From positions 1-64,000 of the forward strand of contig NEEC01000092.1 in NCBI GenBank assembly GCA_002189035.1: DNA of 64,000 nt, written 5' to 3'. Positions 41,501 to 55,200 of this stretch are shown here, piece after piece. The notes under the pieces were generated by a model that was not told where the DNA came from, searched no databases, and saw nothing but the letters and a program-made list of their open reading frames with translations. The stretch is from Utricularia gibba (Eukaryota > Plantae > Magnoliophyta). The first letter of the stretch is position 1, and each line of letters starts with the position of its first letter. Made by a program: the position numbers and the translations under genes.

Positions 41501-43200
41501 GGCTACAAATGACTATGGGACCGAGCTCGACTCGACCTCTGGCCCAATACCGTTGCCCACTAGAGAGCCTCCTCAAATATAAAGCATGCGATTGAGAAAA
41601 CCATTTTGGGTGCTCATGACATCCTAACTTCAATAACTGCATTACGATTTCGTCGAGTAGGACCGATGTGGCAAAGGAGTCAGACCGAACCTTGGGTCTG
41701 AACGAAGTTCCCAACGACATCACCCGCCCAAAAACGACAAGCTTTTCCTTGAGAAACCATTGAGGCGGCCTATTAAAACCAACCGTTAATAAATGCATCA
41801 AGTTTTTTGCCGAGCTACAAATGACTATGGCCCGAGCTCGACTCGACCTCCTGCTCGATACCGTTGCCCACGAGAGTGCCTTATCAAATATAAAGAATGC
41901 GATTGAGAAAACCATTTTGGGTGCTCATGACATCCTAACTTCAATAAATGCATTACGATTATCGTCGAGTAGGACCTGATGTGGCAAAGGAGTCTGACCG
42001 AACCTTGGGTCTGAACGAAGTTCCCAACGACATCACCCGCCGAAAAACGACAAGCTTTTCCTTGAGAAACCATGTAGGCAGCCTATTAAAACCCAACGTT
42101 AGTAAATGCATCACGTTTTTTGCGGAGCTACAAATGAGTATGGGACCGAGCCGACTCGACCTTTTGCCGATACCGTGCCCCACTAGAGCGCCTCCTCAAA
42201 TAAAAAGCATGCGATTGAGAAAACCATTTTGGGTGCTCATGAAATCCTAACTTCAATAACTGCATCACGATTTTCGTCGAGTAGGACCAGATTTGGCAAA
42301 GGAGACAGACCGAACCATGGGTCAGAACGAAGTTCGACATTCGCCAAAAACGACAAGCTTTTCCTTGAGAAAACCATTGAGGCGGCCTATTAAAACCAAC
42401 GTTAATAAATGCATCAATTTTTTTTGCCGAGCTACAAATGACTATGGGCCCGAGCTCGACTCGACGTCCTGCTCGATACCGTTGCCCACTAGAGCGCCTC
42501 CTCAAATATAAAGCATGCGTTGAGAAACCATTTTGGGTGCTCATGACATCCTAACTTCAATAACTGCATCACGATTTTCGTCGAGTAGGACCCGATGTGG
42601 CAAAGGAGTCAGACCGAACCTTGGGTCCGAACGAACTTCAAAAAGACATCATCCGCCAAAAACGACAAGCTTTTCTTTGAGAAACTATGTAGGCAGCCTA
42701 ATAAAACCAACGTTAATAAATGCATCAATTTTTTTGCGGGGCTACAAATGACTATGGGACCGAGCTCGACTCGACCTCTGGCCCAATACCGTTGCCCCAC
42801 TAGAGAGCCTCCTCAAATATAAAGCATGCGATTGAGAAAACCATTTTGGGTGCTCATGACATCCTAACTTCAATAACTGCATCACGATTTTCGTCGAGTA
42901 GGACCTGATGTGGCAAAGGAGTCAGACCGAACCTTGGGTCTGAACGAAGTTCCCAACGACATCACCCGCCAAAAACGACAAGCTTTTCCTTGAGAAACCC
43001 ATTGAGGCGGCCTATTAAAACCAACCGTTAATAAATGCATCAAGTTTTTTGCCGAGCTACAAATGACTATGGGCCCGAGCTCGACTCGACCTCCTGCTCG
43101 ATACCGTTGCCCCACGAGAGTGCCTTATCAAATATAAAGAATGCGATTGAGAAAACCATTTTGGGTGCTCATGACATCCTAACTTCAATAAATGCATTAC
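32521..43200 (+). repeat. Consensus-like monomers (32.5-34.8 kb) followed by an irregular mosaic of variants Y, Z, V, C, D, T and X (34.8-43.2 kb)
   Basis: D monomers start at 36346, 39427 and 40970 with irregular spacing (3081, 1543, then 3424 to 44394). The T variant occurs at ~37.3, 40.4, 41.3 and 42.5 kb. I found no stable period. Confidence 0.75.
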
Positions 43201-46200
43201 GATTATCGTCGAGTAGGACCTGATGTGGCAAAGGAGTCAGACAGAACCTTGGGTCTGAACGAAGTTCCCACGACATCACCCGCCCAAAAACGAATGCTTT
43301 TCCTTGAGAAACTTTGTAGGCAGCCTAATAAAGCCGAACTTTAATAAATGCATCAATTTTTTTGCCGAGCTACAAATGACTATGGGCCCGAGCTCGACTC
43401 GACCTCCTGCTCGATACCGTTGCCCCAGAGCGCCTTATCAAATATAAAGCATGCGGTTGAGAAAACCATTTTGGGTGATCATGATATCCTAACTTCAATA
43501 ACTGGATCACGATTTTCGTCGAGTAGGACCCGATGTGGCAAAGTAGTCAGACCGAACCTTGGGTCTGAACGAAGTTCCCAACGACATCACCCGCCGAAAA
43601 ACGACAAGCTTTTCCTTGAGAAACCATGTAGGCAGCCTATTAAAACCAACGTTAGTAAATGCATCACGTTTTTTGCGGAGCTACAAATGAGTATGGGACC
43701 GAGCCCGACTCGACCTTTTGCCCGATACCGTGCCCCACTAGAGCGCCTCCTCAAATCAAAGCATGCGATTGAGAAAACCATTTTGGGTGCTCATGAAATC
43801 CTAACTTCAATAACTGCATCACGATTTTCGTCGAGTAGGACCAGATTTGGCAAAAGAGACAGACCGAACCATGGGTCAGAACGAAGTTCACAACGACATC
43901 ACTCGCCCAAAACGACAAGCTTTTCCTTGAGAAAACCATTGAGGCGCCTATTAAAACCAACCGTTAATAAATGCATCAAGTTTTTTGCGAGCTACAAATG
44001 ACTATGGGCCCGAGCTCGACTCGACCTCCTGCTCGATACCGTTGCCCCACGAGAGTGCCTTATCAAATATAAAGCATGCGGTTGAGAAAACCATTTTGGG
44101 TGCTCATGATATCCTAACTTCAATAACTGCATCACGATTTTCACCGAGTAGGACCCGATGTGGCAAAGGAGTCAGACCGAACCTTGGGTCTGAACGAAGT
44201 TCACAACGACATCACCCGCCCAAAAACAACAAGCTTTTCCTTGAGAAACCATGTAGGCAGCCTATTAAAACCCAACGTTAATAAATGCATCACTTTTTTT
44301 GTCGGGCTTCAAATGTCTATGTACCGAACGCAACTCGACCTCCGGCCCGATACCGTGCCCCATAGAGCGCCTCCTCAAATATAAAGCATGCGATTGAGAA
44401 AACCATTTTGGGTGCTCATGAAATCCTATTTTCAATAAACGCATCAGGATTTTCGTCGAGTAGTACACGATTGGGCACAAGCGCCAAACAGAACCATGCG
44501 CCCGACCAAGATCCCAACGAAAGCACCCGCTTAAAACGGCAAGCTATTCCTTCAAAACCATGTAGGCAGCCTATTAAAACTCAACGTTAATAAATGCATC
44601 AAGTTTTTTGCTGAGCTGCAAATGAGTATGGGACCGAGCCCAACTCGACCTCTGGCCCGATACCGTTGCCCCACTAGAGCGCCTCCTCAAATATAAAGCA
44701 TGCGGTTGAGGAAACCATTTTGGGTGATCATGACATCCTAACTTCAATAACTGCATCACGATTTTCGTCGAGTAGGACCCGATGTGGCAAAGGAGTCAGA
44801 CCGAACCTTGGGTCCGAACGAAGTTCCCAACGACATCTCCCGCCCAAAAACGACATGCTTTTCCTTGAGAAACTATGTAGGCAGCCTAATAAAGCCGAAC
44901 GTTAATAAATGCATCAATTTTTTTGCCGAGCTACAAATGACTATGGGCCCGAGCTCGACTCAACCTCCTGCTCGATACCGTTGCCCCACTAGAGCGCCTC
45001 CTCAAATATCAAGCATGCGGTTGAGGAAACCATTTTGGGTGATCATGATATCCTAACTTCAATAAACTGGATCACGATTTTCGTCGAGTAGGACCCGATG
45101 TGGCAAAGTAGTCAGACCGAACCTTGGGTCTGAACGAAGTTCCCAACGACATCACCCGCCGAAAAACGACAAGCTTTTCCTTGAGAAACCATGTAGGCAG
45201 CCTATTAAAACCCAACGTTAGTAAATGCATCACGTTTTTTGCGGAGCTACAAATGAGTATGGGACCGAGCCCGACTCGACCTTTTGCCCGATACCGTGCC
45301 CCACTAGAGCGCCTCCTCAAATACAAAGCATGCGATTGAGAAACCATTTTGGGTGCTCATGAAATCCTAACTTCAATAACTGCATCACGATTTTCGTCAA
45401 GTAGGACCAGATTTGGCAAAGGAGACAGACCGAACCATGGGTCAGAACGAAGTTCACAACGACATCACTCGCCCACAAACGACAAGCTTTTCCTTGAGAA
45501 AACCATTGAGGCGGCCTATTAAAACCAACCGTTAATAAATGCATCAAGTTTTTTGCCGAGCTACAAATGACTATGGGCCCGAGCTCGACTCGACCTCCTA
45601 CTCGATACCGTTGCCCCACGAGAGTGCCTTATCAAATATAAAGCATGCGGTTGAGAAAACCATTTTGGGTGCTCATGATATCCTAACTTCAATAACTTCA
45701 TCACGATTTTCGTCGAGTAGGACCCGATGTGGCAATGGAGTCAGACAGAACCTTGGGTCCGAACGAAGTTCCAACGACATCACCCGCCCAAAAACGACAT
45801 GCTTTTCCTTGAGAAACTATGTAGGCAGCCTAATAAAGCCGAACGTTAATAAATGCATCAATTTTTTTGCCGAGCTACAAATGACTATGGGCCCGACCTC
45901 GACTCGACCTCCTGCTCGATACCGTTGCCCCACGAGAGCGCCTTATCAAATATAAAGCATGCGGTTGAGAAAACCATTTTGGGTGCTCATGATATCCTAA
46001 CTTCAATAACTGCATCACGATTTTCACCGAGTAGGACCCGATGTGGCAAAGGAGTCAGACCGAACCTTGGGTCTGAACGAAGTTCACAACGACATCACCC
46101 GCCCAAAAACAACAAGCTTTTCCTTGAGAAACCATGTAGGCAGCCTATTAAAACCCAACGTTAATAAATGCATCACTTTTTTTCGGGATACAAATGTCTA

Positions 46201-49200
46201 TGTACCCGAACGCAACTCGACCTCCGGCCCGATACCGGTGCCCCCATAGAGCGCCTCCTCAAATATAAAGCATGCGATTGAGAAAACCATTTTGGGTGCT
46301 CATGAAATCCTATTTTCAATAAACGCATCAGGATTTTCGTCGAGTAGTACACGATTGGGCACAAGCGCCAAACAGAACCATGCGCCCGGACCAAGATCCC
46401 AACGAAAGCACCCGCTTAAAACGGCAAGCTATTCCTTCAAAACCATGTAGGCAGCCTATTAAAACTCAACGTTAATAAATGCATCAAGTTTTTTGCTGAG
46501 CTGCAAATGAGTATGGGACCGAGCCCAACTCGACCTCTGGCCGATACCGTTGCCCCACTAGAGCGCCTCCTCAAATATAAAGCATGCGTTGAGGAAAACC
46601 ATTTTGGGTGATCATGACATCCTAACTTCAATAACTGCATCACGATTTTCGTCGAGTAGGACCCGATGTGCAAAGGAGTCAGACCGAACCTTGGTCCGAA
46701 CGAAGTTCCAACGACATCTCCCGCCCAAAAACGACATGCTTTTCCTTGAGAAACTATGTAGGCAGCCTAATAAAGCCGAACGTTAATAAATGCATCAATT
46801 TTTTGCCGAGCTACAAATGACTATGGGCCCGAGCTCGACTCAACCTCCTGCTCGATACCGTTGCCCACTAGAGCGCTCCTCAAATATCAAGCATGCGGTT
46901 GAGGAAACCATTTTGGGTGATCATGACATCCTAACTTCAATAAATGCATTACAATTATCGTCGAGTAGGACCTGATGTGGCAAAGGAGTCAGACAGAACC
47001 TTGGGTCCGAACGAAGTTCACAACGACATCACCGCCCAAAAATGACATGCTTTTCCTTGAGAAACTATGTAGGCAGCCTAATAAAGCCGAACGTTAATAA
47101 ATGCATCAATTTTTTTGCCGAGCTACAAATGACTATGGGCCCGAGCTCGACTCGACCTCCTGCTCGATACTGTTGCCCCACGAGAGCGCCTTATCAAAAT
47201 AAAGCATGCGGTTGAGAAAACCATTTTGGGTGCTCATGATATCCTAACTTCAATAACTGATCACGATTTTCGTCGAGTAGGACCCGATGTGGCAAAGAGT
47301 CAGACCGAACCTTGGGTCTGAACGAAGTTCCCAACGACATCACCCGCCGAAAAACGACAAGCTTTTCCTTGAGAAACCATGTAGGCAGCCTATTAAAACC
47401 CAACGTTAGTAAATGCATCACGTTTTTTGCGAGCTACAAATGAGTATGGGACCGAGCCGACTCGACCTTTTGCCCGATACCGTGCCCCACTAGAGCGCCT
47501 CCTCAAATACAAAGCATGCGATTGAGAAAACCATTTTGGTGCTCATGAAATCCTAACTTCAATTACTGCATCACGATTTTCGTCAAGTAGGACCAGATTT
47601 GGCAAAGGAGACAGACCGAACCATGGGTCAGAACGAAGTTCACAACGACATCACTCGCCCACAAACGACAAGCTTTTCCTTGAGAAAACCATTGAGGCGG
47701 CCTATTAAAACCAACCGTTAATAAATGCATCAAGTTTTTTGCCGAGCTACAAATGACTATGGGCCCGAGCTCGACTCGACCTCCTACTCGATACCGTTGC
47801 CCCACGAGAGTGCCTTATCAAATATAAAGCATGCGGTTGAGAAAAACCATTTTGGTGCTCATGATATCCTAAATTCAATAACTTCATCACGATTTTCGTC
47901 GAGTAGGACCCGATGTGGCAATGGAGTCAGACAGAACCTTGGGTCCGAACGAAGTTCCCAACGACATCACCCGCCCAAAAACGACATGCTTTTCCTTGAG
48001 AAACTATGTAGGCAGCCTAATAAAGCCGAACGTTAATAAATGCATCAATTTTTTTGCCGAGCTACAAATGACTATGGGCCCGACCTCGACTCGACCTCCT
48101 GCTCGATACCGTTGCCCCACGAGAGCGCCTTATCAAATATAAAGCATGCGGTTGAGAAAACCATTTTGGGTGCTCATGATATCCTAACTTCAATAACTGC
48201 ATCACGATTTTTCACCGAGTAGGACCCGATGTGGCAAAGGAGTCAGACCGAACCTTGGGTCTGAACGAAGTTCACAACGACATCACCCGCCCAAAAACAA
48301 CAAGCTTTTCCTTGAGAAACCATGTAGGCAGCCTATTAAAACCCAACGTTAATAAATGCATCACTTTTTCTGTCGGATACAAATGTCTATGTACCCGAAC
48401 GCAACTCGACCTCCGGCCGATACCGGTGCCCCCATAGAGCGCCTCCTCAAATATAAAGCATGCGATTGAGAAAACCATTTTGGGTGCTCATGAAATCCTA
48501 TTTTCAATAAACGCATCAGGATTTTCGTCGAGTAGTACACGATTGGGCACAAGCGCCAAACAGAACCATGCGCCCGGACCAAGATCCCAACGAAAGCACC
48601 CGCTTAAAACGGCAAGCTATTCCTTCAAAACCATGTAGGCAGCCTATTAAAACTCAACGTTAATAAATGCATCAAGTTTTTTGCTGAGCTGCAAATGAGT
48701 ATGGGACCGAGCCCAACTCGACCTCTGGCCCGATACCGTTGCCCCACTAGAGCGCCTCCTCAAATATAAAGCATGCGGTTGAGAAACCATTTTGGTGATC
48801 ATGACATCCTAACTTCAATAACTGCATCACGATTTTCGTCGAGTAGGACCGATGTGGCAAAGGAGTCAGACCGAACCTTTGGGTCGAACGAAGTTCCAAC
48901 GACATCTCCCGCCCAAAACGACATGCTTTTCCTTGAGAAACTATGTAGGCAGCCTAATAAAGCCGAACGTTAATAAATGCATCAATTTTTTGCCGAGCTA
49001 CAAATGACTATGGGCCCGAGCTCGACTCAACCTCCTGCTCGATACCGTTGCCCCACTAGAGCGCCTCCTCAAATATCAAGCATGCGGTTGAGGAAACCAT
49101 TTTGGGTGATCATGACATCCTAACTTCAATAAATGCATTACAATTATCGTCGAGTAGGACCTGATGTGGCAAAGGAGTCAGACAGAACCTTGGGTCCGAA

Positions 49201-52200
49201 CGAAGTTCACAACGACATCACCGCGCCAAAAATGACAGCTTTTCCTTGAGAAACTATGTAGGCAGCCTATAAAGCCGAACGTTAATAAATGCATCAATTT
49301 TTTTGCCGAGCTACAAATGACTATGGGCCCGAGCTCGACTCGACCTCCTGCTCGATACTGTTGCCCCACGAGAGCGCCTTATCAAATATAAAGCATGCGG
49401 TTGAAAAACCATTTTGGGTGCTCATGATATCCTAACTTCAATAACTGGATCACGATTTCGTCGAGTAGGACCCGATGTGGCAAAGTAGTCAGACCGAACC
49501 TTGGGTCTGAACGAAGTTCCCAACGACATCACCCGCCGAAAAACGACAAGCTTTTCCTTGAGAAACCATGTAGGCAGCCTATTAAAACCCAACGTTAGTA
49601 AATGCATCACGTTTTTTGCGAGCTACAAATGAGTATGGACCGAGCCGACTCGACCTTTTGCCCGATACCGTGCCCCACTAGAGCGCCTCCTCAAATACAA
49701 AGCATGCGATTGAGAAAACCATTTTGGTGCTCATGAAATCCTAACTTCAATTACTGCATCACGATTTCGTCAAGTAGGACCAGATTTGGCAAAGGAGACA
49801 GACCGAACCATGGGTCAGAACGAAGTTCACAACGACATCACTCGCCACAAACGACAAGCTTTTCCTTGAGAAAACCATTGAGGCGGCCTATTAAAACAAC
49901 CGTTAATAAATGCATCAAGTTTTTTGCGAGCTACAAATGACTATGGGCCCGAGCTCGACTCGACCTCCTACTCGATACCGTTGCCCCACGAGAGTGCCTT
50001 ATCAAATATAAAGCATGCGGTTGAGAAAACCATTTTGGGTGCTCATGATATCCTAACTTCAATAACTTCATCACGATTTTCGTCGAGTAGGACCCGATGT
50101 GGCAATGGAGTCAGACAGAACCTTGGGTCCGAACGAAGTTCCAACGACATCACCCGCCCAAAAACGACATGCTTTTCCTTGAGAAACTATGTAGGCAGCC
50201 TAATAAAGCCGAACGTTAATAAATGCATCAATTTTTTTGCCGAGCTACAAATGACTATGGCCCGACCTCGACTCGACCTCCTGCTCGATACCGTTGCCCC
50301 ACGAGAGCGCCTTATCAAATATAAAGCATGCGGTTGAGAAAACCATTTTGGGTGCTCATGATATCCTAACTTCAATAACTGCATCACGATTTTCACCGAG
50401 TAGGACCCGATGTGGCAAAGGAGTCAGACCGAACCTTGGGTCTGAACGAAGTTCACAACGACATCACCCGCCCAAAAACAACAAGCTTTTCCTTGAGAAA
50501 CCATGTAGGCAGCCTATTAAAAACCCAACGTTAATAAATGCATCACTTTTTCTTCGGATACAAATGTCTATGTACCCGAACGCAACTCGACCTCCGCCCG
50601 ATACCGTGCCCCCATAGAGCCTCCTCAAATATAAAGCATGCGATTGAGAAAACCATTTTGGGTGCTCATGAAATCCTATTTTCAATAAACGCATCAGGAT
50701 TTTCGTCGAGTAGTACACGATTGGCACAAGCGCCAAACAGAACCATGCGCCGGACCAAGATCCCAACGAAAGCACCCGCTTAAAACGGCAAGCTATTCCT
50801 TCAAAACCGTGTAGGCAGCCTATTAAAACTCAACGTTAATAAATGCATCAGTTTTTTGCTGAGCTGCAAATGAGTATGGGACCGAGCCCAACTCGACCTC
50901 TGGCCCGATACCGTTGCCCCACTAGAGCGCCTCCTCAAATATAAAGCATGCGGTTGAGAAACCATTTTGGGTGATCATGACATCCTAACTTCAATAACTG
51001 CATCACGATTTTCGTCGAGTAGGACCCGATGTGGCAAAGGAGTCAGACAGAACCTTGGGTCTGAACGAAGTTCCCAACGACATCACCCGCCGAAAAACGA
51101 CAAGCTTTTCCTTGAGAAACCCATTGAGGCGGCCTATTAAAACCAACCGTTAATAAATGCATCAAGTTTTTTGCCGAGCTACAAATGACTATGGGCCGAG
51201 CTCGACTCGACCTCCTGCTCGATACCGTTGCCCCACGAGAGTGCCTTATCAAATATAAAGCAAGCGGTTGAGAAAACCATTTTGGGTGCTCATGATATCC
51301 TAACTTCAATAACTGCATCACGATTTTCGTCGAGTAGGACCGATGTGGCAAAGGAGTCAGACCGAACCTTGGGTCCGAACGAAGTTCCCAACGACATCAC
51401 CCGCCCAAAAACGACATGCTTTTCCTTGAGAAACTATGTAGGCAGCCTAATAAACCGAACGTTAATAAATGCATCAATTTTTTTGCCGAGCTACAAATGA
51501 CTATGGGCCCGAGCTCGACTCGACCTCCTGCTCGATACCGTTGCCCCACTAGAGCGCCTCCTCAAATATAAAGCATGCGGTTGAGAAACCATTTTGGGTG
51601 ATCATGACATCCTAACTTCAATAAATGCATTACGATTATCGTCGAGTAGGACCTGATGTGGCAAAGGAGTCTGACCGAACCTTGGGTGTGAACGAAGTTC
51701 CCAACGACATCACCCGCCGAAAAACGACAAGCTTTTCCTTGAGAAACCATGTAGGCAGCCTATTAAAACCCAGCGTTAGTAAATGCATCACGTTTTTTGC
51801 GGAGCTACAAATGACTATGGGCCGAGCTCGACTCGACCTCCTGCTCGATACCGTTGCCCCACGAGAGTGCCTTATCAAATATAAAGAATGCGATTGAGAA
51901 AACCATTTTGGGTGCTCATGACATCCTAACTTCAATAAATGCATTACGATTATCGTCGAGTAGGACCTGATGTGGCAAAGGAGTCTGACCGAACCTTGGG
52001 TCTGAACGAAGTTCCCAACGACATCACCCGCCGAAAAACGACAAGCTTTTCCTTGAGAAACCATGTAGGCAGCCTATTAAAACCCAACGTTAGTAAATGC
52101 ATCACGTTTTTTGCGGAGCTACAAATGAGTATGGGACCGAGCCCGACTCGACCTTTGCCCGATACCGTGCCCCACTAGAGCGCCTCCTCAAATACAAAGC

Positions 52201-55200
52201 ATGCGATTGAGAAAACCATTTTGGGTGCTCATGAAATCCTAACTTCAATAACTGCATCACGATTTTCGTCGAGTAGGACCCGATGTGGCAAAGGAGTCAG
52301 ACAGAACCTTGGGTCCGAACGAAGTTCACAACGACATCACTCGCCCAAAAACGACAAGCTTTTCCTTGAGAAAACCATTGAGGCGGCCTATTAAAACCAA
52401 CCGTTAATAAATGCATCAAGTTTTTTGCCGAGCTACAAATGACTATGGGCCCGAGCTCGACTCGACCTCCTGCTCGATACCGTTGCCCCACGAGAGTGCC
52501 TTATCAAATATAAAGCATGCGGTTGAGAAAACCATTTTGGGTGCTCATGATATCCTAACTTCAATAACTTCATCACGATTTTCGTCGAGTAGGACCCGAT
52601 GTGGCAAGGAGTCAGACAGAACCTTGGGTCCGAACGAAGTTCCCAACGACATCACCCGCCCAAAAAACGACATGCTTTTCCTTGAGAAACTATGTAGGCA
52701 GCCTAATAAACCGAACGTTAATAAATGCATCAATTTTTTTGCCGAGCTACAAATGACTATGGGCCCGACCTCGACTCGACCTCCTGCTCGATACCGTTGC
52801 CCCACGAGAGCGCCTTATCAAATATAAAGCATGCGGTTGAGAAAACCATTTTGGGTGCTCATGATATCCTAACTTCAATAACTGCATCACGATTTTCACC
52901 GAGTAGGACCCGATGTGGCAAAGGAGTCAGACCGAACCTTGGGTCTGAACGAAGTTCACAACGACATCACCCGCCCAAAAACGACAAGCTTTTCCTTGAG
53001 AAACCATGTAGGCAGCCTATTAAAACCCAACGTTAATAAATGCATCACTTTTTTTGCGGCTACAAATGTCTATGTACCCGAACGCAACTCGACCTCCGGC
53101 CCGATACCGTGCCCCCATAGAGCGCCTCCTCAAATATAAAGCATGCGATTGAGAAAACCATTTTGGGTGCTCATGAAATCCTATTTCAATAAACGCATCA
53201 GGATTTTCGTCGAGTAGTACCGATTGGGCAAAGCGCCAAACAGAACCATGCGGGACCAAGATCCCAACGAAAGCACCCGCTTAAAACGGCAAGCTATTCC
53301 TTCAAAACCATGTAGGCAGCCTATTAAAACTCAACGTTAATAAATGCATCAAGTTTTTTGCTGAGCTGCAAATGAGTATGGGACCGAGCCCAACTCGACC
53401 TCTGCCCGATACCGTTGCCCCACTAGAGCGCCTCCTCAAATATAAAGCATGCGGTTGAGGAAACCATTTGGTGATCATGACATCCTAACTTCAATAACTG
53501 CATCACGATTTTCGTCGAGTAGGACCCGATGTGGCAAAGGAGTCAGACAGAACCTTGGGTCTGAACGAAGTTCCCAACGACATCACCCGCCGAAAAACGA
53601 CAAGCTTTTCCTTGAGAAACCCATTGAGGCGGCCTATTAAAACCAACCGTTAATAAATGCATCAAGTTTTTTTCGAGCTACAAATGACTATGGGCCCGAG
53701 CTCGACTCGACCTCCTGCTCGATACGTTGCCCCACGAGAGTGCCTTATCAAATATAAAGCAAGCGGTTGAGAAAACCATTTTGGGTGCTCATGATATCCT
53801 AACTTCAATAACTGCATCACGATTTTCGTCGAGTAGGACCCGATGTGGCAAAGGAGTCAGACCGAACCTTGGGTCCGAACGAAGTTCCCAACGACATCAC
53901 CCGCCCAAAAACGACATGCTTTTCCTTGAGAAACTATGTAGGCAGCCTAATAAAGCCAACGTTAATAAATGCATCAATTTTTTGCCGAGCTACAAATGAC
54001 TATGGGCCCGAGCTCGACTCGACCTCCTGCTCGATACCGTTGCCCCACTAGAGCGCCTCCTCAAATATAAAGCATGCGGTTGAGAAACCATTTTGGGTGC
54101 TCATGACATCCTAACTTCAATAAATGCATTACGATTATCGTCGAGTAGGACCTGATGTGGCAAAGGAGTCTGACAGAACCTTGGGTGTGAACGAAGTTCC
54201 CAACGACATCACCCGCCGAAAAACGACAAGCTTTTCCTTGAGAAACCATGTAGGCAGCCTATTAAAACCACGTTAGTAAATGCATCACGTTTTTTGCGGA
54301 GCTACAAATGACTATGGGCCCGAGCTCGACTCGACCTCCTGCTCGATACCGTTGCCCCACGAGAGTGCCTTATCAAATATAAAGAATGCGATTGAGAAAA
54401 CCATTTTGGGTGCTCATGACATCCTAACTTCAATAAATGCATTACGATTATCGTCGAGTAGGACCTGATGTGGCAAAGGAGTCTGACCGAACCTTGGGTC
54501 TGAACGAAGTTCCAACGACATCACCCGCCGAAAAACGACAAGCTTTTCCTTGAGAAACCATGTAGGCAGCCTATTAAAACCCAACGTTAGTAAATGCATC
54601 ACGTTTTTTGCGGAGCTACAAATGAGTATGGGACCGAGCCCGACTCGACCTTTTGCCGATACCGTGCCCCACTAGAGCGCCTCCTCAAATACAAAGCATG
54701 CGATTGAGAAAACCATTTTGGGTGCTCATGATATCCTAACTTCAATAACTTCATCACGATTTTCGTCGAGTAGGACCCGATGTGGCAAAGGAGTCAGACA
54801 GAACCTTGGGTCCGAACGAAGTTCCCAACGACATCACCCGCTAAAAAACGACATGCTTTTCCTTGAGAAACTATGTAGGCAGCCTAATAAAGCCCAACGT
54901 TAATAAATGCATCAATTTTTTTGCCGAGCTACAAATGACTATGGGCCCGACCTCGACTCGACCTCCTGCTCGATACCGTTGCCCCACGAGAGCGCCTTAT
55001 CAAATATAAAGCATGCGGTTGAGAAAACCATTTTGGGTGCTCATGATATCCTAACTTCAATAACTGCATCACGATTTTCACCGAGTAGGACCCGATGTGG
55101 CAAAGGAGTCAGACCGAACCTTGGGTCTGAACGAAGTTCACAACGACATCACCCGCCCAAAAACGACAAGCTTTTCCTTGAGAAACCATGTAGGCAGCCT

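Noticed and set aside
45590-45730. Inverted repeat between half B TCCT(G/A)CTCGA and half A TCGAGTAGGA
   Set aside because: A 10 bp inverted match with at most one mismatch is expected about once or twice by chance within a 316 bp unit, so it is not evidence of a hairpin or MITE.
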